Positions 31,897-53,165 of a stretch of DNA of 64,000 bases are shown here, piece by piece. Location: the NCBI RefSeq assembly GCF_009914755.1, contig NC_060942.1. One strand, 5' to 3'. This DNA is from the human T2T-CHM13v2.0 reference genome, Homo sapiens. Under the pieces are notes generated by a model that worked only from the letters and a program-made list of their open reading frames with translations, did no database searches and was not told where the DNA came from. Positions within the stretch are counted from its first letter, which is position 1. Every line of letters begins with the position of its first letter. The position numbers were made by a program, and so were the translations under genes.

Positions 31897-34858
31897 TGTT
31901 GTAGTCATGAAAATGCTCCTCTCAGACCTCCTGTTGGAGACAGCTTAATTGATCCTGTCCCTCTGGATGCAGCACTGCATCTACCCGAAGGCCATACTTC
32001 CTAGCCAATGATAGAGCACAGCAGATACTAAGGCAGGCCCATTCTGGCAATATACAGGACTCCTGAGTAACTTCTATTTTAGGACTCACCATCGACCTGG
32101 CCAAACTTTCTTAGCACTACATGGCAGTCTGAGACCCATCCTACCCAATCCTGCTACTTTCCTTCTTCTCTGCTACACTGTGGTTCTGAAGTTTCTCTCC
32201 ACCTCCTCCTGCTCCCTCCTTCAGTAATCTCTTTCATATCTAATCCTAGCTTGAGATTTATTTGGAATGGGTCCAAATCAAAACAGGTGGTACACAGAGT
32301 GGTGTGAGAAAACAGGCAGGAAGATGGGGATTTGGGATTGGCTCACTCACCCAACATTAGATTAAGTGGGGGCCATCTTGTGTGGTAGGTAGGGTACAGA
32401 TAGTCCCTGGCCCAAGGTAGGGGCCCAACTGCTCAAGATTTCACCCACAATGACCTGAGAAAATGTCCCGGTGGAAGGGAACAATCATTCAGTTCCAATC
32501 ATTCAGGCATTTGAAAAAACAACAGGTGTGCTGGCTCACACCTGTAATCCCAGCACTTTGGGAGGCCGAGGCGGGTGGATCATCTGAGGTCAGGAGTTCT
32601 AGACCAGCCTGATCAACACGGTGAAACCCTGTCTGTACTAAAAATACAAAATTGCTGGGTGGGGTGGTGCATGCAGAGCTCCAAAGACGTCTGAATGATC
32701 CACCAAGGTAGGTCTACTATGGTAAGGTCAGGGCCCTACTTGGGAAAAACTAGGATCCAGAAAAATGAGATGAGAACATCTAGATGGATGCCTCCTCAAG
32801 ATACTGGTTATGAAGATCCCCCCGAACCTTCAGAGCTTGCAAAGGTGGCCTACCCATCCCTCGTAAGTGGAAGCACCTCCCTTTGTGCTAGAAAATGGTA
32901 GAGTCCTGTCCCCTCTAGAAGGAAGTAAATGCCCCCTCAGAAGCTGCCCTTTCCTCCCCTTGGTTACCCAGCTGAGCACCTGATGGGCCTGATAAGAAAG
33001 AGACTCTATACCAAAGAAGAGCTTACAAGAGTGAGCTAGCATGCACCAGCAGGAGCCAGGAGCCTAGGATTAGATTTTAAGTGTGCTTGATAAAAAGGGC
33101 CAGAATGTAAGACTGGATTGGGTAAGCAGAAATTCATTAACTTGAATTTAATTTAGCTTGAAGGCACTTACTTGGGACACAGGATTTAAAGCCTGGCAAG
33201 GATCCCAGAGTATGAGGAAAATTCACTGCTAGAATGGCTCTGAGAACACTGAAAAAAGTGATGACCAACACGGCAAAGTGTAAATACCTGAGTTGCCCTC
33301 ACAAATGCTAGAGGAAAGAATAAAGAGGCTAAGGGAAGCGGGCAAGGCCAAAATTAGGGTGAGGCAAGAGCAGTGTCTAAGGGGCATAATTCAAGGAGCC
33401 GCTCACTCTCATGGTCTTGAAATATTAGGGTCTTTGCCTCATCCTAGTACTGGACCTGGAAATGGGTATGCTAGAGTGTATCTATTATGTAAGGCAGTAA
33501 GATTCCCCTAGAGGATTGTGTTCACAAGAAAGCCTACCAAGGCCACCAGAAATGTGCTGAGAGGGAAAGCAGTATCACTAAGAAGTTTGGTAGCGGTTCC
33601 TCTGCAGGCCAGGGCTGATTGTAGGAGAGGCCATCATAGAGCTGGGCTCATTAGTATTCATATTCATGATAGAGGCCCCACAGGAATAGAGGCCAAGTGA
33701 TAGCACTTAACTATCAAAAGTCAGGAGGCTGCAATTACCATAATGGCCTGCAAGATCAGAGCAGCCAATGGGTTTGATCCACAGGGAGTTGTGGAGATGG
33801 TTGATAAAGCATGGTTTTCCTAGGAGCAAAATAGAAGGGCAGTCAGCAAGGGTGCTACTTAACATCTTTAAATTTAAAAAAAGGCAAGAATGGGAGAGCA
33901 AGAGGCAGAGGATAGTCATACCTATAAAAAAGTCACAATCCTCTGCTAATATTCCCAGACTTGAGCAGATTTTTAGAACCAAAATCCATTGACTAAATAC
34001 CACAGAAAGTATATTCTATAATCATTCCTACGACACCCACTGCAACAACTTGGCAGTTGGAGTAACCCCCAGATTAAGACCCTTGGCCTATGGAGTAAGA
34101 GCTATCACAGCAGGAAAAACCAAGTGGAAATCTTTAAAATTGTTCCTCCTCAGCCAACATAGTAATTCAAAAACAATATATCCTACAGATGATGAAGGAG
34201 ATTGTTGCTGTCATTAAAGAGCTAAAGGAGGCAGAGATGGTGGCTCTCATCATATCTTCATTTAATTCACTAATCTGGCCCCTGCAAAAGCCATCTGTAG
34301 ACTATCACAAGCTCAACAAAGGAGTATCCCTGATGATAGCTATTGTGCCAGACATGGTTCTACTATCCCTCTTCTAAATTCCCCCTTAGAAAGAGACCCC
34401 TAAGGAACCACGGAGGAGTTGCATCCCAAAGCTATGTGAAGTAGACCTGTGTGGAACAAGGGTTAGACAGGAGCAGGCATGAAAATGCTCCTGTCAGACC
34501 TCCTGTTGTGAGGAGCATAACTGACCAACAGCCTGAGATCTTGTCCCTCTGGATCCAGCACTGCATTTGCCCCAAGGACATACTTTTGTTGTGGGGGGTG
34601 GTTCCCAGCCAATTCTGGACCACCTCAGAGATACTAAGGTAGGTCCATTTTGGCAATATACAGGACTCCTCAGTAACTTTGATTCAAGGACTCCCCATCA
34701 ACCTGGCCAAATCTTCCTTGGTACTGCACTGCAGTCTGAGACTCCTCATACCCAGTCTTCCTTTCTTCCTTCTCTTCTACACAATCTGAAGGATCTCTCC
34801 ACCTTCTCCTCCTTCCCCCAGTAAATCTCCTACTTCTTAATGGACTTGACCTAATATA
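31897..34858 (+). mobile_element. Internally deleted ERVL provirus: LTR16A-like LTRs (31897-32285; about 34469-34858) with ERV3-16A3/HERV16-like gag and pol relics; Alu fragment at about 32524-32675
   Basis: Two homologous LTRs (catgaaaatgctcct.tcagacctcctgttg...gcagtctgagac). Gag-like LWRWLIKHGFPRSKIEGQ (33768-33992) and RT-like FNSLIWPLQKP..VDYHKLN (34189-34377). Confidence 0.85.
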
Positions 34859-36565
34859 CCCCGAAAACCTGGAAGACTATGGAAGAAAGGATCTGCATTT
34901 GCATTTCCCCTGGCAACCAGAATGTTTTTAAACTATACAAGGGGATCACAGACTTACTTATTTCTTTATTTTTACCACAATGAAGGTAACCTGCTAAGGG
35001 AAGGAGAATCTAAAGATGATTAAAATAAACCTGGAACAAAAAATTGCTTTGTATCTTAAAATTTGCATAAGGCATAGTCAGGGCACAAAGGGGCTGATGC
35101 AGCCTCAGTGCCAAGGTAAATGAGGCACACACTGTACAGTATTTTCTGTGTTGGTGCCAGTCACACAAATGGGATCTGCCCAGAGCTAGTCTTACTTGTG
35201 TTCCTAACTTGCCTGAAAATGTTTAGAAATTGTCATTCCTGGATCAGCACTTTTAGTTTGGGTCTTGGTGCCAGTAACACCTTTAATTCTGTGGTTTTCA
35301 TTCATGTGCTGTTGACTTGTGATGCATGCGGCCTCACCCACAGAATAATAAATGGTTCCCCAGTTCTGTTGGAGTTAACCTAGGTTAGAAGCCATAGTTT
35401 GGTGGACTCTGCTCAGATTAGTCAGGTTCAGCCAGATTTGTGGTTGACTTGACCTAAAATGAAATGCAATGACCTATTCACTTTCCAGACATGTCCAGGA
35501 TTCTAGGAGTGGTCCAAAGTTAATCTGAATCCATGAAAGGTGTGGTTTTTTGGAAATCACCCAGAACTAAGGGATCCTAGGGTTATTCTTATTCTTGGTG
35601 ACTAATGTACAAACGATTTAATGTCTCTGTACATTCATTTCCTAATGAATATAATAATCCCTCCCTTTAAGAAGGTTGTAATGTTTCATATAATTGTATG
35701 AAATGCCTTGAAATCTTTAATGAGAAAAGGAAAAAAAGTTATCATACACACCATTTTTAATCTAAGGCAAAAGAATTCAATCAAATCTTGAGGCTTAATT
35801 TATTAGGCTTTCTCAACTTAATTATTTATCTATACTGAAGTCTGCTGAATGCACATTTCATTGGCACATTTTATTTTTCAAGGGTGTAGCCTAGCACAGT
35901 GACAGATATTTAATAAATGCACATCAACTTGCAAGAAGAAATGTGGACAATTTAACAGAGTCATCGACTGAGAATCCAGATACCAGGGTTCTAGTTCCAA
36001 CTCTGCTGCTAGTGCATTATACAATCTTCCACAAATCACTTGGCTTTAATTCTCTCTTCCGAGATTGAGAACATTGGTGTTAAGCATCTCTAAAGTAACA
36101 TTCAGGCCTTTAAAAAATCTGTCATAATTTGTGAAGTTGTTACTCTTTTATATTGCTCTAATGATGAGACACTTTTTTTAAAGAAGAAATATAAAGACAT
36201 TTATAAGTAAATACTTTCCTATTTTATTTTTCTCAAAATCTGTGCTGCATTTTAAAGGCACTGTGGTATAACTCAAAGAGTACTAAACATGGCTTCTAAA
36301 AATGGATTTGCTACTAACTACTTTTGGGGCTTTAGGTAGTTCATTTCACATTTTTAATTTTCTAAAAACTAAAGACTCAGTTTTCTTATCTGTAAAATTA
36401 GGGTGTTGGATTAATTCTCAAGACTCTTCCTACTCAATCCAAGGTCTATTCCAGCCCTAATATCCTATAACTCATCCAGATAACATTTTTAAGTGTCTGG
36501 GTTATTTTTCTAATTACAAAGGTAATACCTGCTCACTTAAAAATATTCAAAGAATACAAAAATAT

Positions 36566-36844
36566 GCCAGGCACAGTGGCTCACGCCTGTAATCCCAGCA
36601 CTTTGGGAGGCCGAGGCAGGCAGATCACAAGGTCAGGAGTTTGAGACCAGCCTGGCCAACATACTGAAACCCCGTCTCTACTAAAAATACAAAAAATTAG
36701 CTGGGCGTGGTGGTGGGTGCCTGTAATCCCAGCTACTTGGGAGGCTGAGGCAGGAGAACCGCTTGAACCCAGGAGGCAGAGGCTGCAGTGAGTCAAAATT
36801 GCGCCACTGCACTCCAGCCCAGGCAACAGCATGAGACTCCGTCT

Positions 36845-36908
<64 letters not shown>
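36566..36908 (+). mobile_element. AluS-type SINE with long A tail and (TA)n
   Basis: Full Alu; flanks atacaaaaatat / atacagaaatat. Confidence 0.96.
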
Positions 36909-36913
<5 letters not shown>

Positions 36914-37408
36914 ATATATTAAGTAAAAATTAGAGTCCACCATAATGCTATCCCTTAGAGATTGTGTTAACAGCTTATTATATAATCTTTCAAAATTGTC
37001 TGACATACTAACATAGATGTATTATTACACTATTATTTTATAAAAGAAGATATATATACTTTTATGATTTTTTTAATTTAATAATATATCATGAACCTCT
37101 GCCAACTAGATATATGTAGCTCTATCTCATTCTTTTTCATGACTCTGTTCCATTCAGTGGGCATATCAAGTTTATTTACCTGCTAATGAATATTTAAATG
37201 GTTTTAAAATTTTTGTAATGGGTATGCTGGATCACCTGAAGGCATCTTTGCCTATCTATTTTTGTACAAATTTGGAAGTACTTTCTTTAAGGTAAATTCC
37301 TATAATGGAATTTCTTGATGAAACAGTGTAATTTCCTATGTAGGGGCAAACTGCTCTAGAAAGAAGTGTTATCAATGTACATTCCCACAAATAATGTACG
37401 AGAGGAGA

Positions 37409-37425
37409 ACACTAGGTGGTGCTAA
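37409..37425 (+). promoter_or_regulatory. CTCF-like motif (copy 2)
   Basis: ACACTAGGTGGTGCTAA, identical to 4916-4932. Confidence 0.4.
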
Positions 37426-40400
37426 GCATGCTAATTTATATTTATTATGTCGCCGGAACTGGTGAGGCTTATTATCTAGTTTGGGCCTTATCCCCAAATA
37501 AAACTAGACTAGTGCTGATATAAAGGATTTCAGATCTTAAGTCAGGTCTTCCTCGGTCTCCCGTCAGACTTATCACATGCAGTCCCAGAGAGCAGAATAG
37601 TCCCAGCATTTGGAAATAACAGACGAGTAAATTCTGGCTCAAAAGGACAAAACTTTCTAGTAATCAGAATTTTCCCATAAAGGACTATGTTGCCTATCAA
37701 TTAGAAAAGCCCTGTCACTGTATTATAAATGGTGAACAACTGAAAGCTGGATGACCTTTTGTCAATAAGTAGTTGGACCTGATGACCTTTAAAGTTTCCT
37801 TCAGATTCAAAGGCTCACAAACACCCAGATTTGAAGGGCAACAATTAGGGTTAAATCCTCCCACAGGCACTTGCTTCCCTAGACTGTTTTCTATCAGAGT
37901 AACATTTTTTATGTCTTCTCTGTCCTCTATAATTGAATATTTCATTAAGTTAATTTTCATAAGTCTAGGTAAGTATCCCTCACAGAGCTCAAGGTCAATA
38001 TTTCTATTTCCATTAACTAATTCATCAGGTATTTTCTGAGTCCCTACTATATACCAGGCAGAATACTAAATTCTGGGGATCGGACAGTGAGCAAAACCAA
38101 CAATTCCTGCCCTGTGGCATTTACAGATTGTGCTTATCAATGTAAGCTACATTTGAAGACAGCCATAAAGCATTTATTTTAACTGCCTATAGAATTAACT
38201 GGATAGGCTGCCCAGTAAATCAGAATATGTTCATTTAGAAAATCAGAAACATGAGACATGTTTTTAAACTATTTCTCACTGCTGATTTTTTCAGTTAACA
38301 TAAAGCAAAACAGAGAGCAAAAATAATTACCTGAGAATTTGAGGCAAAGTAAGAGCCAAAGCAATTATCTCATCCAAAAGTAAAACAAAGAAAAACATGT
38401 TTACCATGATTGACCAGGAAATTGCACCTGCGTTCTATTTCACCTATGGATAGGTCTTCCAAGGACCAAATTCTAAGATAGAAATCTCTGAATATTCTAA
38501 GGTCATAATGACTTTCCTGGCCCCAAACCTAATGTCACATTTCTTCTGACAGGCTACAGAAACAAGAGAAAACAAAAAAAAAAAAAGGTCCACAGGATGG
38601 CTTGGGTTGAATTATGTGTGTTTATGAAGGAAAGTGTCAACTAGACCACATGTGTCAAGGGGAAAAATATCATAAAGAATTTCCCAAAGAAATCCTTGAG
38701 CCAAAACCCTTTCTTAAGTAAAAATATCATCATTTCAGGGCACATTCCTCTCCTGTCATGCATGCATGAGCAGACTGCTTCCTGCTGAAAGCTCATTCTG
38801 AAAATGAAATGCAGTCCCTATGGTAAGCCTAGCTTTCCATAAAGGCAGGACAGAGTAAACAAAATAATCCTCACTTTCAGTTCCATTTCTTTACTTTAGG
38901 TAGGATCTAGAATGTTCAGGGAACAGGAATTCTTCGGGAAATTCTAGCTCTTTGAAATATAGCCACACAGTCAAACTTGGCAAAAGGTTTTAAAATTGTA
39001 TTCTTAAAAAAACTATATGAAGAAGCTTTTATAACTCAGTATATTTTTTAAAAACCAATTGTTTCTTTATAAGTTTCCCAACCCAACATACCATGCAAAT
39101 CATTATTTTTACCTTATGATTCAAATGTATCCTTGACCACATGTAATGGGTAAAGCCACAGAGACATGATCCCTCTCCTACAACTCAGAAGCTAACTGAT
39201 TTGGTGTTTAATTTTTACTTTACATGATATTTCTTTTGTTCTTATCATTCTCAGGAAGAGTCCTATAGCCTGATATGCAATGTACACTTTGGTGGTTTTT
39301 GGATGCAACCAAAAAAATTGTAAATTTTGTACCATTTTTGACATATAGAAACCACAGTTTCACATGATTCAGCTCAGGAAAGGACTCATCTCTCTAGACC
39401 TGTTTCTTCATCTTAAACTTGGGGATGTTCAATAAGATGAACTCAAAAGTCCTAGGTTTGCTATTCTATGATTCTACAAGTTACAGGATCATGTTCATAT
39501 AAGGATATACTGGGGAACATATGCATAGGTGACATTTGCTATTATAATTTCACTAAATAGGGAAAAAAATCAATTCATTTCACAAGTGGTTATTGAGCAT
39601 CTACTTAGGACAAGGCCCTATTAAAGAAATAATTTTTTGATATGAAAATGATAGGGCTTTTTATGGAGAAAAAACTCTAAAATATTTGGGGGGCTTGAAT
39701 TCCTTCAGCTTTAAGCCAAATTTAATTTTACATTTGTCAAATACTTGGTTATGCTTAGGAATTCTAAGAGGATTGCTTAATAAGTACAGTCATACCTTTC
39801 TTCTAATGCCCTGGCCTGAGTCCATGAATAAGAAGGGAACAAGCTGCCCCATAAGAGTTTCACAACTTCTTTCAGGCACTCACTCCATTATATAGGGAAA
39901 TTTATGAAACATACATGTGCCAGATTCTCCCAGAGTAGGTGTTCCCTTTATAAGTAAGTGATAAGCCACTAAAAGTGCATTAACTCTTTTAGTCAATAAA
40001 TCATTCATTCCACAAATATTGCCTGGGTGTGTATTATCTCAAACACTAGGCTAGGATTCAAGATATGGGAATAAACAGACTCTGTCTTCAAGGAGCTCGC
40101 AATCTATTGAACAAAATAGAAAAGTAAACAAATACTTGTACTACCTTGTCACAAGTATGTAAAAAGTATTATAATGGCACGAAGTAAGCATCAGAGGGCC
40201 TATTTCACAAAAAAAGTGACATCTGAATTGGAATGTAAAGACATGGGAAGGAATCACCATAGGTGGCAGAGGGGCAATGGGGCACAGGATGAATACTACA
40301 GGTTAATTGAACAGGTTATGCAAAATATGAAGACCTGAAATAATATTCTATATTCAGAGAAAGGTGAGAACACCTATAGAGTGTGAGGAAAAGATATTAA

Positions 40401-40595
40401 AGAAAACAAAATGGATAAAGCAGATTGGGGCTAGCTTTTGAAGACCCGAAGGCCTGCTGAAGAACACCAACTCTATTTTGTATGTAAGAGAGAACCACTG
40501 GGGTGCCTTTAAAACGGCAGGAGAGCAACATGATCCAATTTGAAAGGTCATTGAATGACAGTGTGGAGGATAGTTTGAAAGTGGGTAAGCTCTAG

Positions 40596-40971
<376 letters not shown>

Positions 40972-41974
40972 TAAAACACTAAATTACCACTGACTAACAC
41001 CCAGAAACTTAAAAGCATTCACGTATATCATTAAATCTCGAGTTCCATCTATTCACGAATTGATCAATCTCAAACTATGCAATGACAAAACAACTAGTTT
41101 AACTGATTTTTTTTGCAACAAATTGGCCAGTTTTTGTGTCACAGCATAGAGATACTTATGTGTTCATGAACTGCCATAAAATAATTTTCAGCTGGGGAAA
41201 CAAAAAGCAACTTTCTAGCTTATAGAAGGATTTTTATGATAAAATGGATGTCCAAATGGTATTTGTTCCACACGAGAAAAGAATCTAAAATTGAAATTAA
41301 GTTCTCCTATTTGAGTATCACATTAACTCAATATAATAATTTTCTATGTAGAGAGAAAACTGTTTGCAGGGATAATCCAACAGTAGAGAAGTGAAATCTG
41401 TGAGTTTATTTGAAATCTTTTGGGCAACTCTTTGCAGCAACAGTGCCATCTTCCTACATTTTGCTTAGATTAATTTTAAGATTTATTTTTCTTATTTGGA
41501 ACACATCTGTAGGAAGCAAGGAGCATGCAAGCTAGGATATAGCAAATCTGAGAGTTAGCATTTGTGACAGATAATACACATGTGCATTATACACAAGACA
41601 AAAATAAAATTTTATTCTCAATTTCTAGATATTAGATAACTAGATGGTGGTAGTTCCATTCTAGTTATTAGAAAACTATTTAGGATTGGAAGAACTGAGG
41701 TGGTCAAATGAAAAAAGTGAATTAGTTGCATTCTTACCAACTGTGGAGCAAAGAAACATGTTTCTCATGGCCCAAGGCAGGCTTGAATGAGAAGGAAATC
41801 TGGGGATCTACTTAGATAGTGCCAAGAAAGTGCCAGAGATGGATGCCCTGGAGATGAGCAAAGAGAGGTCCTGAAGTCACAGGACTAAATTCCAGCACAG
41901 TGGAATAAAACAGAAAAAAGAAAGGAGTACCTACATAAGAGAATCAGTAGGTTTGGGAGAGTGATAAAATCTTA

Positions 41975-45700
<3,726 letters not shown>

Positions 45701-45981
45701 TTACTATTACTTTTCAAATAGGAGTTGAAAATACTTTTCAAGAAGCACATTCTAATTGAACCAGAACCGTATCTTATCTGGAACCATAAACATAATAGAC
45801 AGTTGTATAAATTGTGTTTGCATTTTCAAATAATTCAAATTGCAGTATGGCTTCCAATAAACTAATATTTGTTTTCTTCATTTGCCTAACTATAAATAAC
45901 CTAGTTCCACTACATGTGAAGTTTATTATCCATTGACCCACCAGAGGTACTGCTGTGTCTTTAGAAATCAGAAGCATTCTT

Positions 45982-46318
<337 letters not shown>

Positions 46319-49108
46319 TTATTTGGCCAATGTTATCTCTACTTCCTTCTACTTTTTTCTATTTTACTAAAGGACTATGATAAATACAATTACATGAAGA
46401 TATAATTTGTATTTAGGATAAAAAATTAATATAGTATTATGTTGTTTGATTTGACAATAATTCGAATCTCTACATGGCTGGACCATTTGATTATGCATTT
46501 AAAGCAACAATAGCATAAAAAGCCCCAACATATCAAAGACTAACCAACTAAATAGCCAGTGATATAAATAAAGAACCATTTTTAGAAGAAGTCTATGCTG
46601 CTGTTTAATATTTTGAATCACTCCACAATGCTGAAATCATTTAAAGAAAAAAGATTTTTATTTTTATGTGCCTGGGTTTCCAATGCTACTTATACTTACT
46701 AAATTATAAGACCTTCATGGTCTTTCATAAAATTAAAATTCCATGAAAAAAGTATAGGTAGGAGTTACTTCTCCTAAAAGGTATGTCTTATCTATCTAAA
46801 CAGAGTGCTAAACACTCGTTGAGACAAGAATCACATCTTTGTTAATATATGCTAATAAGGCTACGAATGCCTGGAAAATGGAACTGCCAAAGTGAAAAAG
46901 AATCTGGGTAATATTCCTGGGCACTAAAGGAAACAGAAAAAGCCAGACCAAGAAGAAAGATCTGATAGATTTTGTGTATTTCAAGGCATGATGGAACTGG
47001 CCAGAAGTGGGGAGGAGGAGTTGAATGAAATTTAACTATTAAGAATATGATAGGAAAAAAAAGAGTGGGTGCAAATGAATATAACTGGCTTTTCAGATAA
47101 CAAAGAGAACAAAATGTATCATTCTGTCTTAGCACATCAATCTGTTGATAATAGTTTAATAAAACCCATTTGTTCCTAGACTTTTAGAAGTTAGAAATGC
47201 AGCACATTTTTACTATGTAAGTGTTCCTTATCCAATAAAACTTTGATTACATAGCATTGATTTTATTAGATTTGTACAAATTTTTCCCAAAACTCCCTCT
47301 TACTCTACTTGTGAAAGACAAATATGGTTTGAAATGGAGACACCAAATATACACTGTTTATCCCAATGGATACTTGTGGAACTATAATCTTTAAAAATGC
47401 TGAAAGGGGGAGGTGAATTTCCACCGCTCACTCAAATTGAAGTGGGGGAAGTGATCACAGTGAGAATGTGTATGGAAAGCCCACAGTAACTGTTAAGGTT
47501 AAGATCACAACTTGCCAATTTAGGGTTTTTAGAATGACCTAGCTATCTGATATATAGGTAGGAAACCAAGAGTTAGTAAATGGACCATATGTTTATAAGC
47601 AGAGTATGTTTCCCATGGAAAAAAAATACAGATTTCTCTGTGAAGCTGAAGTAGCCTGTTCTCACTCTAACCTAGTTATTAGAGTCCAACCATATTCTTC
47701 TTAGGATTTCCTAAGTACCTAGAATGGTGTTCTACATATAGTAAATTATCAATATAAAAGAATAAAATTTTTACTTTTTGTAGTCATATTATGTGTGTAT
47801 GTATATATATACATATATTTGATTCAATTTAAAGTATCCCAGTGGATTTTGTCTAAAAACACAAAGAATAGGATATGAAGTTTATAATCTACTGACAGTC
47901 CCAAATATACTATTTTACTTGCTTTAATCACCAACACCAACCTTTGAACATAGTGGGCAGTCAATAAATATCTGGAGGATGAGGGTATGAATACATGTAT
48001 TTGCCAGACTATAACCCCTGATGAAGGAAAGGGATTGGCCGATTTTTTATTGTGGCTCCCTACACCAAACATTCTGAGCTAGCATACCCACAATGAAAGA
48101 ACATCATCTGAATGAAGCTTCACAATTGCTCTCTCATTACCACTGGGCTTCTGGCATCCAGCACACCTTGGAGTCCTAGTGTTAAGGAATGTATTCTGAG
48201 CCTCTGCCGGCACAGGCATGTCACAGTGATGCTTCTAAAACAAACCAGAGCTCAGGTTTGTTTCAAGTCTTCACATGCTTTTGATGGAAGGTGTGCTGGC
48301 AGCTGTTGTCATCATTAGCCTTGTGGCAATACTTTTTCCTTTAGTGTCTTATGTTTCATATGAAAGCTTAAAGCTCATTAAATAGGGAGGAACTTTGGAA
48401 TATGTGCCAATGCCAAACAGTAAAGTTTTTATTTTCTCCTGTTATAACAGCTTTAAAGTTCTGAATTTCCAAATCTTAGTCCCCAACACCATTCCAAATT
48501 TTAAATTCGATAATGGGGTAGGAGCAGAAGGATACCAATTCCTTTTCCTGACTTTACAATCTTTACCAGAGATCTAGTAAGTGAAAGATTTAGAGCCTGC
48601 TAGAAAACTTGGGTGTGGAATTCTCCTGTAATCCTGGCATTTATGGGATGAGTGAGCTGTCCATCCATGGTTCTGTAATCTAGACAGTTGAGATATCTGA
48701 ATCTGAATGCTCAACCTAGTACAGTCTTCCATGGTATTCACATTTTTCTAGCAGCTGACCTAAGTGATACATTTTAAAACGCACAATAACTAATGGTCAC
48801 TAAGCACCTACTTACTATGTGCCAGGCAATATCAAAAAGCACTTCAAATGTTAAAATGCTCACAAACGCTCTCAGATAAATATTTATCTCCATTTTACAG
48901 ATAAGAAAACCTAGGATTAAAGAGGTAAGTAACTTGCCCAAGTTTTTATTCACTATAAGGAGACTTTTTAAAAAGGTTAATTAGTACTACTTAATATTAT
49001 AGGTATCTTCTAAGGCAAGAACTATTATCTATTTCATCTTTGTATCCTCCACCATATCTAGAGCAAAACCTTACACATACAAACTTCTTAATAAAGGTTT
49101 ACTGAGCA

Positions 49109-49240
49109 GGCCAGTGTGTTGGCTCATGCCTGTAATCCCAGCGTTTTGGGAGGCCAAGGCAGGAGGATCACTTGAGGCCAGGAGATTGACACCAGATTTT
49201 GAGGTTACACTGAGCTAGCCTGGGTAACAGAGCAAGAAAA
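49109..49240 (+). mobile_element. Internally deleted Alu fragment
   Basis: ggccagtgtgttggctcatgcctgtaatccc...gagg..agcctgggtaacagagcaaga. Confidence 0.8.
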
Positions 49241-50664
49241 CGAAAGGCCCCATAGTTGTGGAGTACTATATATTTATTATGTATATTTCTTTCTCTCTCT
49301 TTCCCTCTCTCTGTTTTAAATTTTTTCATATTAGAAAATAAGTTTAAGTTCTAGAGCCTTCCAAGTCATTCATACACACACATACACCCACTCATTTGCC
49401 AAATTTACTTGGGTCCCTCTGAAACCACAAGTAGCAGCTGCTTAATAGGTGAACTTCAACACCAAGCAACAGGTTGGGGCAGGTAATTAAGAATACCAAA
49501 TCCATTTGAAATTGCAGGGGAAATTTAGGGAAGTAGAACGTATTTATCAGAGTTGGAATTTGGCCAGGATTCTAAAGAAAACACCAATTACCCTTTGATA
49601 ATATAAAATAGCATATAAACACTGTTTAACTGAATTTCTGACTAAGGTTAAGAATTCCAGAGACTCACAGAAGGGACACATCATTCCTGGACAAATTCTT
49701 CCATTGAGAAAGTTCTTTATACTTCCATAGTAACCCCCTTGCCTCTCACAAAGAAAACCTCTTGTTGTCAGGTTAGTAATGAAAGTGAATTCTAATAAAC
49801 AGAGCTGGAGCAAATAAGAGGTCTTTCTAGCACTACTAGCTATTGTGCACCTTAGATTTAGATATCTCCCTTCCACAAAGTATCACAACCTCACATATCT
49901 CAATGTAGAAGACACTTCAAGAGAGCCGATTTCATCAGAATGGCAACTTTCTCAGACAGCTCCTCTCTGCCCAAGATAATTTAGGTGTGATCATGCTTGA
50001 CATGAAGTATGAATTCGGTAACTTTCTAAGGTCTCTAACCACCTTCAAGTTAGGAATTCTATTAAGGGACCTAACCAAAACAAGATAAAAAAGAGAGGGG
50101 TCTATAGATTTAAGAGATATAGTGACTAAGTACAACATGTGGACTGTGTTTGAAACCTATAATTGAAGAAATTGAACACAGATGGAATACTTGATATATT
50201 TTTAATTTTCTATTAATTTTAAGTATAATTGCAACGATTATATTTTGAAGATATACACACTGAAGTATTTGTAAATGAAATTCTGTAATACCTAGTATTA
50301 GCTTCAATATGAAAAAAGATAGGAAGAAGTTAGTGGGTAGATGTCCATGTGTTGATAATTACTGAAGCCCAGTGATGGGTACTTGGGAGTTCACTACACT
50401 ATTTTCCATAGGTTGTGGCATAGGTGAAATAGATCATTGTTCAAGTGCAATTTCTGTTAACACAATTTTCTCTCTTTTAGCAAATGAAAGCATCTAAGAA
50501 TGCAAATAAATGACAGTGATTTTTTATAGCAATAATCTTGAATTTCCACTATTTCATAAAATAAGTAAACTTTCTAAAACTTAATATTCTAAAACATTAA
50601 CCCTCATACAATTGTTTAGTTTTTGTTTAAAATTTTCCATTAAAATAACTTTAAAAAAGATATC

Positions 50665-53165
<2,501 letters not shown>

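Noticed and set aside
37805-37968. Open + strand block ending in strong donor tag|gtaagt
   Set aside because: Its acceptor lies in a MIR-like end, and it cannot be chained to other exons.
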